DNA of 13,634 nucleotides. Origin: Nanopusillaceae archaeon (GTDB taxonomy: Archaea > Nanobdellota > Nanobdellia > Nanobdellales > Nanobdellaceae). The position numbers and the translations under genes were made by a program. The stretch covers positions 1 to 13,634 of the forward strand of contig JAVYNJ010000017.1 in the NCBI GenBank assembly GCA_038735675.1, given 5' to 3'. Shown here one piece after another: positions 12,560-13,634 of the stretch. The notes below the pieces were generated by a model, which saw nothing but the letters and a program-made list of their open reading frames with translations, searched no databases and was not told where the DNA came from. Position 1 is the stretch's first letter. Each line of letters opens with the position of its first letter.

Positions 12560-13612
12560 ATGAAAAATCAACTTATGGTTGTAGGTATATTTTTAATAAT
12601 AATTGGGATATTGATATTTGTGTATTGGATATTACTTCCTATACCTGAAAAAGAAAAAATACTTGAAGAAATTTATGGAAAAGAAAATATCTCGGAAAAT
12701 AATAGTTATATCACTGAAAAAAATTCTTTAAACAAAAATATGATCGAAAATATATATCTTTATGCTGGGAAAAAAGAGATGATTATAGCAGAAAATTATT
12801 CTTTGGGGGAATTAATTAGTTTTTACGAGATTAATTTTGAAGATGTTTCTATTAAAACTAATATTTTTTCTGGAATTAAAAGTAAAAAATTAACCTTTTC
12901 TTATTATGAAGGGGAAGGAATTGTATTTAACTTTGTTTCTAAGTGTGTTAATGGAAAGATAGAAATTTTTATTAATGATATATTATTTTTTGAAGGTTGC
13001 CCAAATAATCTTAGTAGCCTTTACATTCAAAATGAATATCTAAAAAAAGGTAGCAATAATTATATAACAATTAAATTTTATCCAAAATCAATATTTTCTG
13101 ATGCAATATTTGAAATGAAAAATTTAAAAATACTTTTTGTAAAGAGAAGTGAGCTATCTTTTGATTATTTTTTTAGTCAAAATGAAAATGTTTTTTTAGT
13201 TTATAATTTTTGTCCTACGGATCCAAATTCTTTAAAATTATTTATAAATGGAGTTGAAATACCAATTTATTCTTGCATTCACAATTCTTTTGATATCACG
13301 AGATATCTAAATAGTGGAAAAAATACTATAAAATTTGTTTCTAAAGTTAAAACACATGTTAATTTGAAAATTCAAACATCATCTAATATTTTTATGCAAA
13401 TTCTCAATTTAACCAAAAAAGACTATATGCTTTATGTTACAAAAAATCGAGGATCCGGAGAAATATATATAAATACCTGTAAATTTTATTTAGAACCCTA
13501 TAAAGAAGTATTTAATTTTTTAGTTAATGAAAAATGTATAAATAATGGAGAAGATATAATAATTATTAAGCCGGGGACTTTTCTTGAAATAAGCAATCTT
13601 TTAATAGTATGA
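12560..13612 (+). CDS. N-terminally membrane-anchored (or secreted) protein with three internal beta-rich repeats, a putative surface protein
   Basis: 350 aa with a single N-terminal hydrophobic span (LMVVGIFLIIIGILIFVYWILL). The remainder is hydrophilic and beta-rich with spaced Cys residues. Internal repeats share the pattern F.C....(I/L)FIN......C.....YL..G.N.I.(I)KF. A TATA-like TTAAAATATAT overlaps the pelota stop about 25 nt upstream of the ATG. Confidence 0.6.
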   Translation: MKNQLMVVGIFLIIIGILIFVYWILLPIPEKEKILEEIYGKENISENNSYITEKNSLNKNMIENIYLYAGKKEMIIAENYSLGELISFYEINFEDVSIKTNIFSGIKSKKLTFSYYEGEGIVFNFVSKCVNGKIEIFINDILFFEGCPNNLSSLYIQNEYLKKGSNNYITIKFYPKSIFSDAIFEMKNLKILFVKRSELSFDYFFSQNENVFLVYNFCPTDPNSLKLFINGVEIPIYSCIHNSFDITRYLNSGKNTIKFVSKVKTHVNLKIQTSSNIFMQILNLTKKDYMLYVTKNRGSGEIYINTCKFYLEPYKEVFNFLVNEKCINNGEDIIIIKPGTFLEISNLLIV

Positions 13613-13634
13613 ATGAAATGGACTTACCAAATAT
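13609..13634 (+). CDS. Possible 5' end of the next gene (MNEMDLPN...), truncated by the window edge
   Basis: An ATG at 13609 overlaps the TGA at 13610-13612 as ATGA, the same coupling style seen elsewhere in the window. Only 8 codons are visible. Confidence 0.25.

Noticed and set aside
12560-12640. Possible class III (type IV pilin-like) signal peptide on the 350-aa protein, given the FlaK-like peptidase two genes upstream.
   Set aside because: The N-terminus MKNQLMVVGIFL lacks the [KR]-[GA] cleavage dipeptide that precedes the hydrophobic stretch in archaeal prepilins and archaellins. It looks like an ordinary signal anchor.
1-13634. CRISPR arrays, transposases or IS elements, rRNA genes and stop-codon reassignment.
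   Set aside because: I saw no regularly spaced direct repeats, no transposase or integrase-like ORF and no rRNA-like GC-rich stretch. TAA, TAG and TGA all terminate well-supported genes, so the standard code applies.

Overview
This is a very AT-rich, extremely gene-dense archaeal window. By eye, roughly three quarters of the bases are A/T. Spacers between genes range from 14-nt overlaps to a 122-bp maximum.

The archaeal assignment rests on an Rpo10/RpoN subunit, a family-B DNA polymerase, the RtcB RNA ligase, Pelota, a FlaK-type A24 peptidase, and a tRNA-Gln with an A1:U72 pair.

Gene order is:
- 3' end of a TGS-domain GTPase (+)
- rpoN (+)
- tRNA-Pro(CGG) (+)
- metallophosphoesterase (-)
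- dCTP deaminase (+)
- ExeA-like AAA+ ATPase with a C-terminal wHTH (-)
- tRNA-Gln(UUG) (+)
- a 7-kb same-strand run: two membrane proteins, rtcB, polB and two coiled-coil proteins (+)
- orphan 121-aa ORF (-)
- a GC-rich intergenic island that I read as a box C/D sRNA (-); it is absent from the ORF track
- FlaK-like prepilin/preflagellin peptidase (+)
- pelota (+)
- membrane-anchored 350-aa protein with internal repeats (+)
- start of one more ORF (+)

I found no CRISPR array, transposase, integrase, rRNA, intein or tRNA intron.

The only GC-rich patches outside conserved coding blocks are the two tRNAs, whose stems are almost all G:C, and the sRNA candidate. That contrast suggests, by inference only, a thermophilic reduced-genome (DPANN/Nanoarchaeota-like) archaeon.

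The items most worth follow-up are:
- the C/D sRNA and its apparent co-transcription with the orphan ORF
- the triple-repeat surface protein
- the translationally coupled coiled-coil pair
- the ExeA-like ATPase-wHTH fusion
- the rpoN stop codon sharing a base with tRNA-Pro +1

No homology search could be run. All functional calls rest on motifs I recognise in the translations.
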